A DNA stretch of 64,000 bases from Eledone cirrhosa (taxonomy: Eukaryota). Below the pieces are notes generated by a model. That model ran no database searches. It was given only the letters and a program-made list of their open reading frames with translations, and was not told the origin of the DNA. Each line of letters begins with the position of its first letter. Position 1 is the stretch's first letter. Of the stretch, positions 25,140 to 40,096 are shown one piece after another. The stretch is from contig OZ024747.1 in the NCBI GenBank assembly GCA_964016885.1, forward strand, positions 52,886,001 through 52,950,000, read 5' to 3'. A program made the position numbers and the translations under genes.

Positions 25140-25800
25140 TATCATCATCATCACCAGCACCATCATCATCACCATCATCAGCACCAGCACCAGCACCAGC
25201 ACCAGTAACACAACTATCACTACCATCATCACCACCACCAACAACACCACCATCACCACCACCAACAACACACCCACCAACACCACCACCAGTAACACAA
25301 CCACCATCACTACCACCACGACCACACTACCACCAGCACCACCACCACCAACATTACGTCCACTATTACCACCACACTACCACCACCATCACCATCACCA
25401 ACAACACAACCACCACCATCACCACCACCAACAACACAATACCACCACCACCACGACCACACCACCACCACCACCACCACCATACCACCACAACACCACC
25501 AGCAACGCTACCACCACCACCACCACCATTACCACCAACACCACAAGCACCACCACCACTACCACCACCACCACACCACCACCACCACTACCACCACTAT
25601 CACTAGCACCACCACCACCACTACCACCACCACCACTACCACCACCACCACACCACCACTACCACTAGCACCACCACCACCACCACCACTACCATCACCA
25701 CCACACCACCACCACCACTACCACCACCACCACACCACTACTACCACTAGCACCACCACCACCACCACCACTATCATCACAACCATCACCATCATCACCA
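25140..25800. repeat. (CAC)n-rich low-complexity repeat
   Basis: Direct reading. Confidence 0.9.
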
Positions 25801-26029
25801 TTTATTTAGTGACACTGTTATATAGGTTTTCAGACATATGTCTGACGGTATTATGATGAACAAACATGAAACTGAACATGTATCAATTTCAGAAGGACAT
25901 ATACACACACATACATATACATGCATATACACACATACATGTGTACACACATACACACATATACATAAATACACATGCATATAATATACACATATATACA
26001 TACACATATACACATACAAATGCACATAT

Positions 26030-26104
<75 letters not shown>

Positions 26105-26114
<10 letters not shown>

Positions 26115-26171
26115 GAACTGCTTTCATACACATCCTTGTAAATATATAGGTATATATATATATATATAAAT

Positions 26172-26203
<32 letters not shown>

Positions 26204-26418
26204 GTGTATATATAAATATATATACACACACACAACTGCTTTCATACACATCCTTGTAAATATATAGGTATATATATATACATATATAAATACACACACA
26301 CATATATATGTGTATATATATATATATATATAAATATACCTATATATTTACAAGGATGTGTATGAAAGTAGTTGTGTGTATATATATATTTATATATACA
26401 CACACACACACACACATA

Positions 26419-26509
<91 letters not shown>

Positions 26510-26540
26510 ATATATTTACAAGGATGTGTATGAAAGCAGT

Positions 26541-26550
<10 letters not shown>
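26105..26550. repeat. ~40-bp unit present as two direct and two inverted copies within TA/CA tracts
   Basis: AACTGCTTTCATACACATCCTTGTAAATATATAGG at ~26116 and ~26234; reverse complement at ~26339 and ~26507. Confidence 0.88.
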
Positions 26551-26598
<48 letters not shown>

Positions 26599-26621
26599 TA
26601 AATACACATACACACACACAC

Positions 26622-26658
<37 letters not shown>

Positions 26659-26994
26659 TAGTCATACACACACTGTCTCAAACATACACATAAAAAAATA
26701 ATCAATAAGAGAATTTTTCTCCTTCATTGGATTTTGTTGATGTCATTGTTGTTCGTTAGGTTTTTCTGTCAGTTTAATAGCTAATTAGCTCATTAGTATG
26801 ACTGCTTAGCAACACAAATGGTACTGCGTTAGCAACAAGAGGGTTTGAAAAATCTCGCTGTCCATCTAACTAATATGTGAACATTTGACCCATAGTAGCA
26901 TACGAGGTGACCGACTTAGCTAGGACAATAGTTAGAATGATTGCAGATTATAACGTTGACCACCGCTGAAAATAATGAGGAGGTGGGTGAGGCT

Positions 26995-28407
26995 ATGATG
27001 ATGATGATGGTGGTGGTGGTGATGGTGAATGGTGGTGGTGGTGCTTGTAGTGGTGAATGGTGGTGGTGGTGGTGGTGGTGGTGGTGGTAATGGTGGTGGT
27101 GCTTGTAGTGGTGAATGGTGGTGGTGGTGGTAGTGGTGGTGGTGGTGGTGGTGGTGGTGGTGCTTGTAGTGGTGAATGGTGGTGGTGGTGGTGGTGGTGG
27201 TGCTTGTGGTGGTGCTTGTAGTGGTGAATGGTGGTGGTTGTGGTGGTGGTGCTTGTGGTGGTGGAGTGGTGGTGGCGGGGGTGATGATGATGATGATGAT
27301 GATAATTATGATGGTTGATGGTGATGGTGGGGTGGTGGTGGCGGGGGTGATCATGACGATGATGATGATGATAATTATGATGGTTGATGGTGGTGGTGGG
27401 GTGGTGGTGGCGGGGGTGATGATGATGATGATGATGATGGTGGTGGTGCTTGTAGTGGTGAATGGTGGTGGTGGTGGTGGTAATGGTGGTGGTGGTAGTG
27501 GTGGTAGTGGTGGTGGTGCTTGTAGTGGTGAGTGGTGGTGGTGGTGGTGGTGGTGGTGGTGGTGCTTGTGGTGGTGCTTGTAGTGGTGAATGGTGGTGGT
27601 GGTGGTGGTGGTGGTGCTTGTGGTGGTGCTTGTAGTGGTGAATGGTGGTAGTGGTGGTGGTGGTGCTTGTAGTGGTGAATGGTGGTGGTGGTGGTTGTGG
27701 TGGTGCTTGTAGTGGTGAATGGTGGTAGTGGTGGTGGTAGTGGTGGTGGTGGTGCTTGTGGTGGTGGTGGTGGTGGTGCTTGTAGTGGTGAATGGTGGTA
27801 GTGGTGGTGGTAGTGGTGGTGGTGGTGCTTGTGGTGGTGGTGGTGGTGGTGGTGCTTGTGGTGGTGGTGAATGGTGGTGGTGGTGGTGGTGGTGCTTGTA
27901 GTGGTGAATGGTGGTGGTGGTGGTGCTTGTAGTGGTGAATGGTGGTGGTGGTGGTGGTGGTGCTTGTAGTGGTGAATGGTGGTGGTGGTGGTGGTGGTGG
28001 TGTTTGTAGTGGTGAATGGTGGTGGTGGTGGTGGTGGTGCTTGAAGTGGTGAATGGTGGTGGTGGTGGTGGTGGAGTGGTGGTGGCGGGGGTGATGATGA
28101 TGATGATGATGATAATTATGATGGTTGATGGTGGTGGTGGGGTGGTGGTGGCGGGGGTGATGATGATGATGATGATGGTTGATGGTGGGGGGGTGATTAT
28201 AATGATGAGGATGATGGTAACGATTATGATGATGGTGATGATGGTGATGATGGATGATGGTAAAGGTGTGGTGGTGGTAGTGATGATGATGATGATGATG
28301 ATGATAATAATGCTGATGACGATGGTTGGCGGTGGTTGTGGTTACAATGATGATGATGATGATGATGATGATGAAGGTGGTGGTGGTGGTGGTTATGGTT
28401 ATAATGA

Positions 28408-28451
<44 letters not shown>

Positions 28452-28725
28452 GGTGGTGGTGGTGGTGGTTGTGGTTATAATGAATGATGATGATGATGAT
28501 GATAATGATGAAGGTGGTGGTGGTGGTGGTGGTGGTTGTAGTTATAATGATGATGTTGATGATGAAGGGTGGCGGTTATAATGATGATGGTGATGATGAT
28601 GATAATGATAATGATGATGGTGGTGATGGTGATGATGATGATGAAAGTTGTGGTGTTGGTGGTGATTATAATTGATGATATGTGTGGTTATAATGAGGAT
28701 GATGTTGATGATGATGATGATGATA
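26995..28725. repeat. (GGT)n/(GAT)n compound repeat punctuated by GCTTGTAGTGGTGAAT
   Basis: Direct reading. Confidence 0.92.
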
Positions 28726-28977
28726 GTCAGGAGGAACTGAATGATACTGAAGAGGAGGGTGTGGAGGAATATTTTTTTTATTCATTTGTTCTTTTAATGC
28801 TTTCAGTCGTTAGACAGTGCCCATGCTGGAGCACAACCATAAAGGAATTTTACTTGATCATACCAACCACAATACTCATTTTTTTTTTCAAGCCTTTTTT
28901 GTTGACCTGCCCACGTTATGAGGCAGTCTCAGACACAAACGTAAACACATACATGACATATGCAGACACACACACAT

Positions 28978-29016
<39 letters not shown>

Positions 29017-29019
<3 letters not shown>

Positions 29020-29410
29020 CATCATCATCATCATCATAATTTCATTTTATGTCCGCTTTTTCCCTGCTTGCAAAGGTGGGACGGGAACTGATTCTGGCTA
29101 GATTTCTACAGCTAGATGCCCTTCCTAACACCAACCTCATTTACAGTGAGGGCTGGGTGCCTTTTTTGCCGTGGCACCTAAACGTCCACTTTACAGTGTG
29201 AGCTGGGTGCTTTTTTGCCGTGGCACCTCCACGACCACTTTGCAGTGGAATGATAGGGACCCCAGTACTATCATCTCATTTCTACAGCTGAGTAAACTGG
29301 AGCAATGTGAAATAAAGTGTTTTGCTCAAGGAAACAACACATCATCCGGTCTGAGAATTGAACTCACAACCTTTCAATTGCAAGGCCAATGCTCTAACCA
29401 CTAAGCCATG
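29017..29410 (-). mobile_element. Full-length tRNA-derived SINE with RTE-type tail
   Basis: Minus strand: A-box TGGCTTAGTGG, B-box GAGTTCAATTC, CORE-like TGAGCAAAACACTTTATTTCAC, tail CCCGTCCCACC..GCGGACATAAAATG-(GAT)n. Confidence 0.9.
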
Positions 29411-30399
29411 TGTATATATATAGGTGCAGGTATGTATGTGTAGTAAAGAAGTATGTATTCTCTCCTACATCATGGCTATCTGGGCCATTGGGTATGTCTT
29501 CTCCTATAGCCTTCATCATCATCATCATCATCATCATCTTCATGCTTGCATGGGTGTGATGGGCTGTCACATTATTAGATCAGACAGGTCAGATGACCAT
29601 GTTTTGCCCATTACACTATTTTTGGCTTGGTTTTCTTTCTCTGACTGGATGACCTCTCTAATGTCAACTAACTTCTAGGGTGAACTGGGTGCTATTTTGT
29701 GGCACAAGCACTACCACTTTACAGGCTGGTCTGGAAGCTTTTCTCATGTAACCAATATGATTGATTTACAAAGTGGATTTCATACTTTTATCGTACCACT
29801 AGTACAACTATCTTACAGGCTGGACTTTGGGAAATTTAGTGGAGGGAAACTATGGAAAAGCATTGTATATGTGTGTGTGTGTGTATGTGTTTGTATTCTG
29901 AGATTCACCAACACTACACCTAATATTCCCCCTCCATACACATGCACACATATATATCATGACTCATACACTATTCACTTCCCTGACATTTCTATATTAT
30001 TCTATGTACTATACATGCACCTTTGACGAGTTGTAGTGCACCTGAGTACTGTACACAATAATTTCATTATTATTATTATTATTATTATCATTTGAATATC
30101 AGCATAGAAACGAAAGACAAAAAAAAACAAACAAAAAAAAAACACATTCAAAACAGTGCTCTTCAAACAGTCCCTTATGATATTTATTCTACACTAAAGA
30201 ACAAGCACTCCCTTGTTACTGAGACCATTGGAAATGCAGTGAAACATTGATTGGTTCATTGGAAACCAGTAACAAATGATGCTATTGTTTACATATTCTA
30301 ATATAAAATAAATAATTAAACAGCTACAGTTATTATGTATACAACTAATGGTACAGCTATTATGTATATATCTAATGTATTGTCATTATATATCTAATG

Positions 30400-30560
30400 T
30401 AGGCGGCAAAATGGCAGAGTTGTTAGAATGTTGGATAGAATGCTTTGTAATATTTGTTTCGACTCTCTGCTCTCTGAGTTCAAGTCCCACCGAGGTCAAC
30501 TTTGCCTTTCATTCATTCGAGGTCAATAAAAAAGTACCAGTCAAGTACTGGGGTCAATTC
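30400..30560 (+). mobile_element. tRNA-derived SINE (MetaSINE-like core)
   Basis: GGCGGCAAAATGGCAGAGT..GAGTTCAAGTCCCACCGAGGTCAACTTTGCCTTTCAT..AAAGTACCAG. Confidence 0.78.
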
Positions 30561-30585
30561 TACTTCTATATTTCTTTCTCACATC

Positions 30586-30623
<38 letters not shown>

Positions 30624-30761
30624 CCATCTCTCGAAGAAAAATCTGCTGTCTTCAGACCTGGAGAGGAGATGAGTTCCGACAGGTTTAAAAATGCCCTAGG
30701 AACGCCATATGTCAATACGGTGCCTCAACAATTCTCTCAGGTGTTACAGGACCATGCAAGC

Positions 30762-31205
30762 ATATCATCAACATCATCATCATCACCGTTTTACGTCCGT
30801 TCTTCCACGCTTAGACGAGTTGTCCTGTTGTGGGCAGTGTCCGGTCAGCTGACCTTGTCTTGCCCATATGGGAACTGATTCTGGCTTGATTTCTACAGCT
30901 GGATGCCCTTCCTAACACCAACCTCATTTACAGTGAGTGCTGGGTGCTTTTTTTTCTGGTGCCTACACATCCACTTTACAGTGCGGGCTGGGTGCTTTTT
31001 TGCCGTGGCAACTCCACGACCACTTTGCAGTGGAATAATATGGACTGGGGTCCCTTATCATCTCATTTCTACAGCTGAGTAAACTGGAGCAATGTGAAAT
31101 AAAGTGTCTTGCTCAAGGAAACAACACATCACCCAGTCTGAGAATTGAACTCACAACCTTTCGATTGCAAGCCCAATGCTCTAACTACTAAGCCATGCGC
31201 CTTCA
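30762..31205 (-). mobile_element. Full-length tRNA-derived SINE, long-tail variant
   Basis: Same head and body as 29017, but the tail matches 5215-5330. Confidence 0.88.
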
Positions 31206-31239
31206 TATCTAATGTATTGTCATTATGTATGTAAAACTC

Positions 31240-31427
31240 GGGCGGTGGATTGGCAGTATCGGTAGAGGGTTGGACGCCATGCTTTGACGTATAGAGTTAC
31301 GGCCCTTGCCATTCTGAGTTCAAATCCCGCCAAGGTTAACTTTGCCTTTCATCCTTTCGGGGTCAATAAAATAAAGTACCAGTAATGCACTGGGTATTTG
31401 CTGGCCTTGTGCCAAAAGTAGAAACAA
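31240..31427 (+). mobile_element. tRNA-derived SINE (MetaSINE-like core)
   Basis: GGCGGTGGATTGGCAGTATCGGTAGAG..GAGTTCAAATCCCGCC..GCCTTTCATCCTTTCGGGGTCAATAAAATAAAGTACCAG..GGCCTTGTGCCAAAAGTAGAAAC. Confidence 0.88.
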
Positions 31428-31693
31428 TTATGTATGTAAAACTCTTTTTCTTTTAAAATAAACTGATTCCTCTCGACTACATGAATACACATGATGGCCA
31501 GCAGGAAATTGAGTGATTCGAATGTGGGATTAGGTACCTTGTAGTGTTTTATGTAACTTTTTCTGCATTCTGTGTTGAATTGAAATGTACAACTCATGCA
31601 TAACAGGTTGAGCATAACAGGTTGAGCTGGCCTGCTATGGGGCTACATTTTATAGGAGGTTTGTGGGGGCTTTAGTGATAAGGGGCACAGTCA

Positions 31694-33413
31694 ACCACCA
31701 CCACTATCCCCAAACCACCACCACCACCACCACCACCACATACCACCACCACCACCACAACCACATACCACCACCACCACCACTGACCACCACCATGACC
31801 ACCACGACACACCACCACCACCACCACCACCACCACCACCACCATCACCTCCACTACTACTGACCACCACCACCACCACACACACACCACCACCACCACC
31901 ACCACTACAACCACCACCACACACACACACCACCACCACACACCACCACCACCACCACCACAACCACTACAACCACCACCACCTCACACACACACCACCA
32001 CCACCACACACCACTACCACCACCACCACCACTACTACTGACCACCACCACCACCACCACACACACACACCACCACCACTACAACCACCACCACTTCACA
32101 CACACACCACCACCACCACCACCACCACAACCACTACAACCACCACCACCTCACACACACCACCACCACCACACACCACCACCACCACCTCCACCACTAC
32201 TGACCACCACTACTGACCACCAATGAATTAAAGATTATTAATAAAGAACTGTTTTCTTTAGGACCCCAATTAAATTAGCTGTGTTGTACCTATTTGTGGC
32301 AATGTTATAATTAGGGTGAACTAATACAGGAGTACTGTGTGGACAGGTAAATACAGGTGGGAAGTTGTAGTGGTGGTGGTGGTGGTGGTGGTGGTGGTGG
32401 TGGGGAGTGTCATCATGTTGGTGGTGTGGTGGTAGTGGTGGGGTGACATTCTGCTAGTGTTGTTGTTGTTGTGGTGGTGGTATTGTTGTTGTGGTGATGG
32501 TATTGTTGTTGTTGTTGTGGTGGTGTTGTGGTGTTGATGGGGTGACATTTTAGTGGTGGTGGTGGCAGTGTTATTGTGGTGGTGGTGGCAGTGTTATTGC
32601 GGTGGTGGTGGCAGTGTTATTGTGGTGGTGGTGGTGGTGGCAGTGTTTGTGAAGTGTTATGTGATCAGATATAGACGGGTGGGTGGGAAATGGTAGTAGT
32701 TGTGTTGTTGTTGTTGTTGTTGTTGTGATGGTGTGGTGTTGTGATGATGGTTGTGGCAGTGTTGTGATGGTGGCAGTGTTGTGATGGTGGTGATGTTGTG
32801 ATGGTGATGGTGGTGATGTTGTGATGATGGTAGTGGCAGTGTTGTGATGGTGGTGGCGGTGTTGTGATGATGGTGATGTTGTGATGGTGGTGGTGGTGGT
32901 GGTGGTGTTGTTGTGATGGTGTTGTGGTGTTGTGGTGTTGTGATGGTGGAGGTGTTGTGATGGTGGTGGTGGCGGTGTTGTGATGGTGTTGTGGTGTTGT
33001 GATGGTGGTGGTGGCGGTGTTGTGATGGTGTTGTGGTGTTGTGGATGGTGGCGGTGTTGTAATGATGGGGGTGGCAGTGTTGTGATGGTGGTGGTGGCGG
33101 TGCTTGGGATGGTGGAGGTGGCAGTGTTGTAATGGTGGTGGCGGTGTTGTGATGGTGGCGGCGGTGTTGTAATGATGGGGGTGGTGGAGGTGTTGTAATG
33201 ATGGTGGTGGCAGTGTTGTGATGGTGGTGGTGTTGTAATGATGGGGGTGGCAGTGTTGTGATGGTGGTGGTGGCGGTGCTTGGGAAGTGTATAGAGAACA
33301 CATATAGACAGGTGGGAGTCATTATATTTTTACAGGTACACTGTAGATGGGAAACACAATGTGTAGCTATAACAATGGCCAGAAGTGGACATGTGGACAA
33401 TGATGATGATGAC

Positions 33414-33457
<44 letters not shown>

Positions 33458-33485
33458 CGACCATGATGATGATGATGAAGTGGTG
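31694..33485. repeat. (CAC)n block, then (GGT/TGT)n and (GAT)n blocks with short unique spacers
   Basis: Direct reading. Confidence 0.88.
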
Positions 33486-33894
33486 GTAGAAGAAGAGGGG
33501 GTGGTTTCCATCTGTTTTTAAATATAATTTATGGTTACCTGTTCAGGTCACCTGATATTACCTAATTAAATAAATGACCTATGTGGGTGATGTTTTCACT
33601 TATTTCACCTGGGAATTTGTTCAAGTTAAGATCTGAGTCTATTGGCGTTGTAGGGTCGTTTTAGGTGAGTTACCTCGAGTTCATGCGAAGAAGGATGTTA
33701 TCATGTTACTGTTGTTATTGTTGTTATGGTTCACACCTGCAGAGGTTTAACCAGTTTCCTTTCAGGTTGCATCTCATGGGAAGTCCTTTGGCTTGTTTCA
33801 TGATAGAGGTCCCCAGTCCTTTCATATCGCAATTTTCCAGACATTTTGAACTTAGAAACACATTCTACATGAACTCCTGTCTAACAGTCTCTAA

Positions 33895-34105
33895 TAGTTG
33901 TTTCTACTTTAGGCATAAGGCCAGCAATTTTGGGGGTAGGTGGTTGTCAATTAAATCGACCCCAATGCATTACTGGTGCTTTATTTATTGATCACAACAG
34001 GATGACAGGTAAAGATAACCTCAGTGGGATTTGAACTCAAAATGTAAAAACTCCTTAACTCTATGCCATGAAGCATGGTGTCTGACGCTCTACTGATACT
34101 GCCAA
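33895..34105 (-). mobile_element. Decayed MetaSINE-like SINE
   Basis: Reverse complement of the 31240/36240 family. Confidence 0.72.
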
Positions 34106-34547
34106 CAGTCTCTAATAATTCCACCAATTCTAGACAGGTACTGGCAAAATGGAAGTTGACCTTGACCTTGGCAGGCTTTGAATTCAGAGTAAAGAGAGCC
34201 AGAACAATTTTACTAAATCACTGTCTGTAGAATGGTGTTTTGCCCATCGATAGAGGATGAAATGTAAAAGTCCTTGGCAGGTGGTCCAGTGGTTAGGGTA
34301 TTGAGCTCACAACCACAAGGTCCTAGGTTCAATTTCTAGATTGGTTGGTGTGTTGTGTTCTTGAGTCAGATGTTTTATTTTATCTTGCTTTTCATGATAG
34401 GACTAAGGCCCCTAATATCAAAACACCCATGAAACCTTATATGAGATACATCCTGGTAATCTTGATAGGTCTGGGGCCTTGAATAATGAAACACCCATAC
34501 AAGCTTCAAGGAGAGCATCTGAACCTAGATAGACATGTCTAAAGTCT

Positions 34548-34832
34548 AAAGTCTGTCTCGAGCCCAGAGGCTCATCAGAAAGGTGCTTATCCCAGTTTTC
34601 AATGGCGTGAAGTGACTGATAGTACAACACTTCCCTCTGGAGAGGATGCCAGTCCATCACAGGGTTAAACTCCCAGATATTGCTGGTAATGTTTTTTTTT
34701 TTCAGCTGAGTATACTGGAGCATCATGAAATGAGGTGTTTTGCATAAGAACACGACACGCAACCCAGCTCAGGAATCAAACCCATGTCATTATGATCACT
34801 AGTCCAACACCCTTACTACTAAGCCACATCCT
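34548..34832 (-). mobile_element. tRNA-derived SINE, different tail family
   Basis: Minus strand: TGGCTTAGTAG, GGTTTGATTCC, CORE-like segment, AACCCTGTGATGGACTGGCATCC..GGGATAAGC..CAGACTTTA. Confidence 0.72.
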
Positions 34833-35346
34833 CCATATTGACATGAGCTATATATTTAATTATTCATTTTCATTATATTTCCTAAAATAAATTGTTCCAT
34901 TCATCACACATCTAGAACTCTTGTCACTGGAACCAACAGAGCCCCCTCCCCCCCCAACACACACAAATACACGTAGATAAGTAGATAAGAATGGAAGGAG
35001 GTAGATAGGTAGGCAAGATGGTAGGTATGTATGTAGGTAGGAAGGTATGGGGTAGGTAAATATATAAATATAGGGTATCTTTAATTTCTACTTTTCAAAT
35101 AATGGTGTCTTAATAAAAGTAAGATACAAAATGGTTTTCAAATGTTTTTATATATTCTGCCATTCATGTTGTATAACCTAATTTTAAACTTCCAAAATTT
35201 ATAGGCAATGTGTGTATGTATGTGTGTATATTAATGCATATATATATATATTGCCTATGTATATACATACATACACACACACACACATATATATATATGT
35301 GCAAATGCATACATATGTAAGTAAGTATTTAGGTATGTATATATTA

Positions 35347-35379
<33 letters not shown>

Positions 35380-35657
35380 TGTATGTATGTATGTATGTAT
35401 GTATGTATGAGTATATGTATGCATGTATGTATGTATGTACGCATATATATATGTATGTATACATGTATGTATGTATGTACGCATATATATATATGTATGC
35501 ATGTACCTACGTATGTAGGTAAGTATGTATGAGTGTATGAATCTACGTAGATATGTATGTGTGAATCTGTGTATGTATGTATGTATGTGTGTATGCATGT
35601 ATATATCCATGTATGTATATATGAATCTATGTATGTATATATATGCATAAATCTATG

Positions 35658-35694
<37 letters not shown>

Positions 35695-36019
35695 ATTATA
35701 ATTTTAGCAGTCTAGAAAAATATATAGTGAAGAAGTAAGTATATATTAAAACATTTCTCTCTTTACATCGAAAACTCCTACACTATAATTATGTACAATA
35801 TCAATGAAAATCGCTTTTACAAAATAACTGCAGAATTAATGAATAGTAAAATCTATCATTAATAACATTATTATTAATAATAACATTTTTTGTTATTACT
35901 ATTATTATTACTATTATTATTTTTATTATTATTATTATTATTATTATCATTATTATTATTACCATCATCAACGTAATCACTGTCGTTTTCATAATCGTCA
36001 TAGTCATCGTTATTGTTCT

Positions 36020-36862
36020 GGTGGATTGGCAGTATCGGTAGAGGGTCGGACGCCATGCTTTCCAGCATAGTTACGTCCCTTTACGATCTGTGTTCAAATC
36101 CCGCCGAGGTTAACTTTGCCTTTCATCCTTACGGGGGTCGATAAAATAAAGTACCCAGTAATGCACTGGGTAATTGCTGGCCTTGTGCCTAAAATAGAAA
36201 CATTTATTGTTCTATTATCATCATCATTATTATTATCAATATTGGCAGTATCGGTAGAGAGTCGGACGCCATGCTTTGACGCATAGAGTTACGGCCCTTG
36301 CCATTCTGAGTTCAAATCCCGCCGAGGTTAACTTTGCCTTTCATCCTTACGGGGTCGATAAATTAAAGTACCAGTCACGCACTGGGGTCAATTTCATCGA
36401 CTTTTCCCTTGCCCCCAAAATTGTTGGCCTTGTGCCTATATAAGAAACGTAGAGAGTCGGACGCCATGCTTTGCAGCATAGTTACGGCCCTTTACGGTCT
36501 GAGTTCAAATTCCGCCGAGGTTAACTTTGCCTTTCATCCTTACGGGGTCGATATAAAATAAAGTACCAGTAATGTACTGGGTAATTGCTGGCCTTGTGCC
36601 AAAAGTAGAAACAATTATTATCAATATTGTTATTGTTATCATTATGATCATTATTAATATTGTTATTGTTTTTAATATCATGGATTGGCAGAATTGATAG
36701 AGCATCAGACACCATACTTTGCAGCATAGAGTTACGTCCCTTTACGGTCTGAGTTCAAATCCCAGCGAGGTTAACTTTCCCTTTCATCCTTATAGTGTCA
36801 ATAAAATAAAGTACCAGTAATGCACTTGGGTAATTGCTGGCCTTGTTCCCAAATTAGAAACA
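36020..36862 (+). mobile_element. Tandem cluster of four MetaSINE-like SINE copies
   Basis: Copies start at ~36020, 36243, 36450 and 36680, separated by (TTA)-rich tails. Confidence 0.88.
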
Positions 36863-37239
36863 ATTGTAATATAGGTGTTGTGGTTGTTGCTATTGGCTGG
36901 GAGTGTTGGTATTGCTGTCGGTGGCAGTGATGGTGGTTGTTGTGGTTGTTGTGGTTGTAGTTGCAATTGTGGTTGTGGTTGTAGTTGTGGTGGTAGAGAG
37001 CAAAGAACCAGTTCCATCAAATGTTCTGTCACAAAACATATGGTACATATAGAAGTCTGTTACTTACTTGTGAGAAATTTTATCCTTTATTGCTAAGGCT
37101 GCCCCCCCCCCCCCCCCTCTACACAGCCCCACCCCATTTTTAAAACCATTTTTACCCTTTTTATTTTACTGTTTGTCTTTCTGTTTGATTGATTTGTGTT
37201 TAAAATTTTTTTATTTTATTTTAGGGGTTTATTATTACA

Positions 37240-37910
<671 letters not shown>

Positions 37911-38238
37911 ATATTGAGCATTTTCTTTTGCCTTTTTTAAAGACAAGTTGGTCTTGCTAAAAGGATTCAAGTTAAGTGCTTTGAAGAGGATGGAAACAAC
38001 AACATCAAAAACTAAACTACTACTACTACTACTACCACCACCACCACCACTACCACCACCACCACCACCACCACCACCACTACCACTACCACCACCACCA
38101 CCACCACCACTATAGCAATGAGAAAAATAATGAGAAAAATATATAATAAAAAAGAAAAATATAAGACAAAAATAATAATGATAATAATAATATCCAGATG
38201 ATGGCAATGGTCATGATGATAGTGATGATGACGATGAC

Positions 38239-38290
<52 letters not shown>

Positions 38291-38423
38291 TTTTAAATAT
38301 AGCGCCACACACAAACACAAATATACATAAAAACTGCAAACTATGGGTAGCAAAAAAAAAAAAATATATATATATATACACTCAGAGTCCAAACTTTTCT
38401 TGAACACACACACACACACACTG

Positions 38424-38455
<32 letters not shown>

Positions 38456-38749
38456 ATATATGCATGCACACACATGCATGCCTAAAATCTGTTGTGCACA
38501 AAATATACAGACATGTGCATATACGAACCTTGAGAATTTCAATAGAATTTATTATATGCATGTGCATAAACAGCTGTGTATATACATATGTACATATATA
38601 CACTAACTGATAAAAACATATATAGATGGACACATAGATGAATATATATACATATGTATATATATATATCTATCTCTCCCTCTCTCTAACTATATATATA
38701 TATATACACACACACACCACACACATAAATATATATACACCTCACACAG

Positions 38750-38795
<46 letters not shown>

Positions 38796-39090
38796 GTTGC
38801 TTCTGGATGAATGCATTTGATTCCTTGCAACAGCAGCAGTGGTAGCATCATCCACACCAGAAGCAGCAGCCCCAGCCTCAACATCAGCAGCAGTTCTGTC
38901 CATATATGTGTGGTAGGTAGTAAAAAGAATGGATCCCTCCATTCTTTCATATCAAAATGAACAATAAATAAAAATAAAAGATAAAAACATTTACAAAATT
39001 CCTCAAAAGGAATTCTATTCCAGGATTCAGTTCTTCTCTTTTCTATATTCCCCACATATTCTATATATTTTCTGGTGCACATATTATATA

Positions 39091-39159
<69 letters not shown>

Positions 39160-39189
39160 ATAATAATAAAAAATAATAATAAATAATAA

Positions 39190-39262
39190 TAAATTCAGAA
39201 GATCCCGTTAAGGGTGAAAGCAGTGATTCTTTGCTTAAACTTTAACCTGTTATTTTAATAAA
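39190..39262 (+). ncRNA. Hammerhead-like fold with variant core CAGAAGA (also 43185-43300 and 45715-45820, minus strand)
   Basis: TT-CAGAAGA-tCCC gttaa GGGt-GAAAGCA..TGCTT-AAACT. Stem I AGTTT/AAACT is intact in the 43185 copy. Confidence 0.6.
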
Positions 39263-39287
39263 TATATATATATATATATATATATAA

Positions 39288-39479
39288 GTTATTCCGGGTT
39301 GAATCGGAGGTAACCACAGTAAGTAAGGTACTCAATACATAGCAGAGTATAAAAGTTTTAATATAGAAGAGCTTCTACAGGACTAGAACTGTTTCATTCG
39401 TGAGAAATCATCAGGAAGCTCTGATGATTTCTCTCGAATGAAACTGTTCTAGTCCTGTAGAAGCCCTTCTATATTAAAA
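39288..39479. mobile_element. Fold-back element (arms 39357-39414/39421-39479) with a hammerhead core in each arm
   Basis: CTGATGA-tTTC tctc GAAt-GAAACTGTTCTAGTC at 39421. Related pieces at 43330-43467 and 58890-58965. Confidence 0.75.
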
Positions 39480-40096
39480 AAAAAAAATATATATATATAT
39501 ATATATAGTAAATGAGTGAAGAATAACATGGATCGGCTGTACAATAGGGTTTATATATATATATATATTTATGTATGTATGTATATATATATATGTATAT
39601 ATATTCTACACAACAGACGTTATATGGACGTTTTTTTATATACACACAAACATATGAATGTTTATATATATATATATATATATCATCATCATTATTATCA
39701 AGGTTCTCATAAAGTACCAGTAATACACTTGGGTAATTGCTGGCCTTGTGCCTAAAGTAGAAACATTTATTATCAAGGTTCTCATCTGTTTCCCACACTG
39801 CCATGGATTGGTCAGGCTATTATTTTCTTGCTCTGCCTTCCTTCTTACTTACTTACCAACATACCTACCTACATACATACAATACATACACACATACATA
39901 TATATATATATGAAAAATATATATGAAAAATATGGGTGAGAAGAATACTGCTGGTTGCACATGGATAACATGTTATAAGATGAGTCCCTCATCAGTGATT
40001 TACCAAACGATCATGGGTATCTCATCGCATTAAAAATCATATACCTCACGTTGGAGCGATAATAACTAAAATAAGTTATTATACATATATATATAA

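Noticed and set aside
30636-30740. Possible small exon after a pyrimidine tract (EKSAVFRPGEEMSSDRFKNALGTPYVNTVPQQFSQ)
   Set aside because: The tract is a (CT)n microsatellite, the donor site is weak and the peptide is unrecognised; RNA-seq would be needed
29340-31205. tRNA genes at the A/B-box sequences (~29340-29410, ~31130-31205)
   Set aside because: They are SINE heads continuous with SINE bodies, with no complete cloverleaf
38834-38912. Possible exon bounded by CAG and GTAGGT
   Set aside because: Low-complexity CAG-rich sequence with no recognisable protein and no partner exons
39975-40000. Minus-strand CTGATGA as another hammerhead
   Set aside because: No matching GAAA or stem III found
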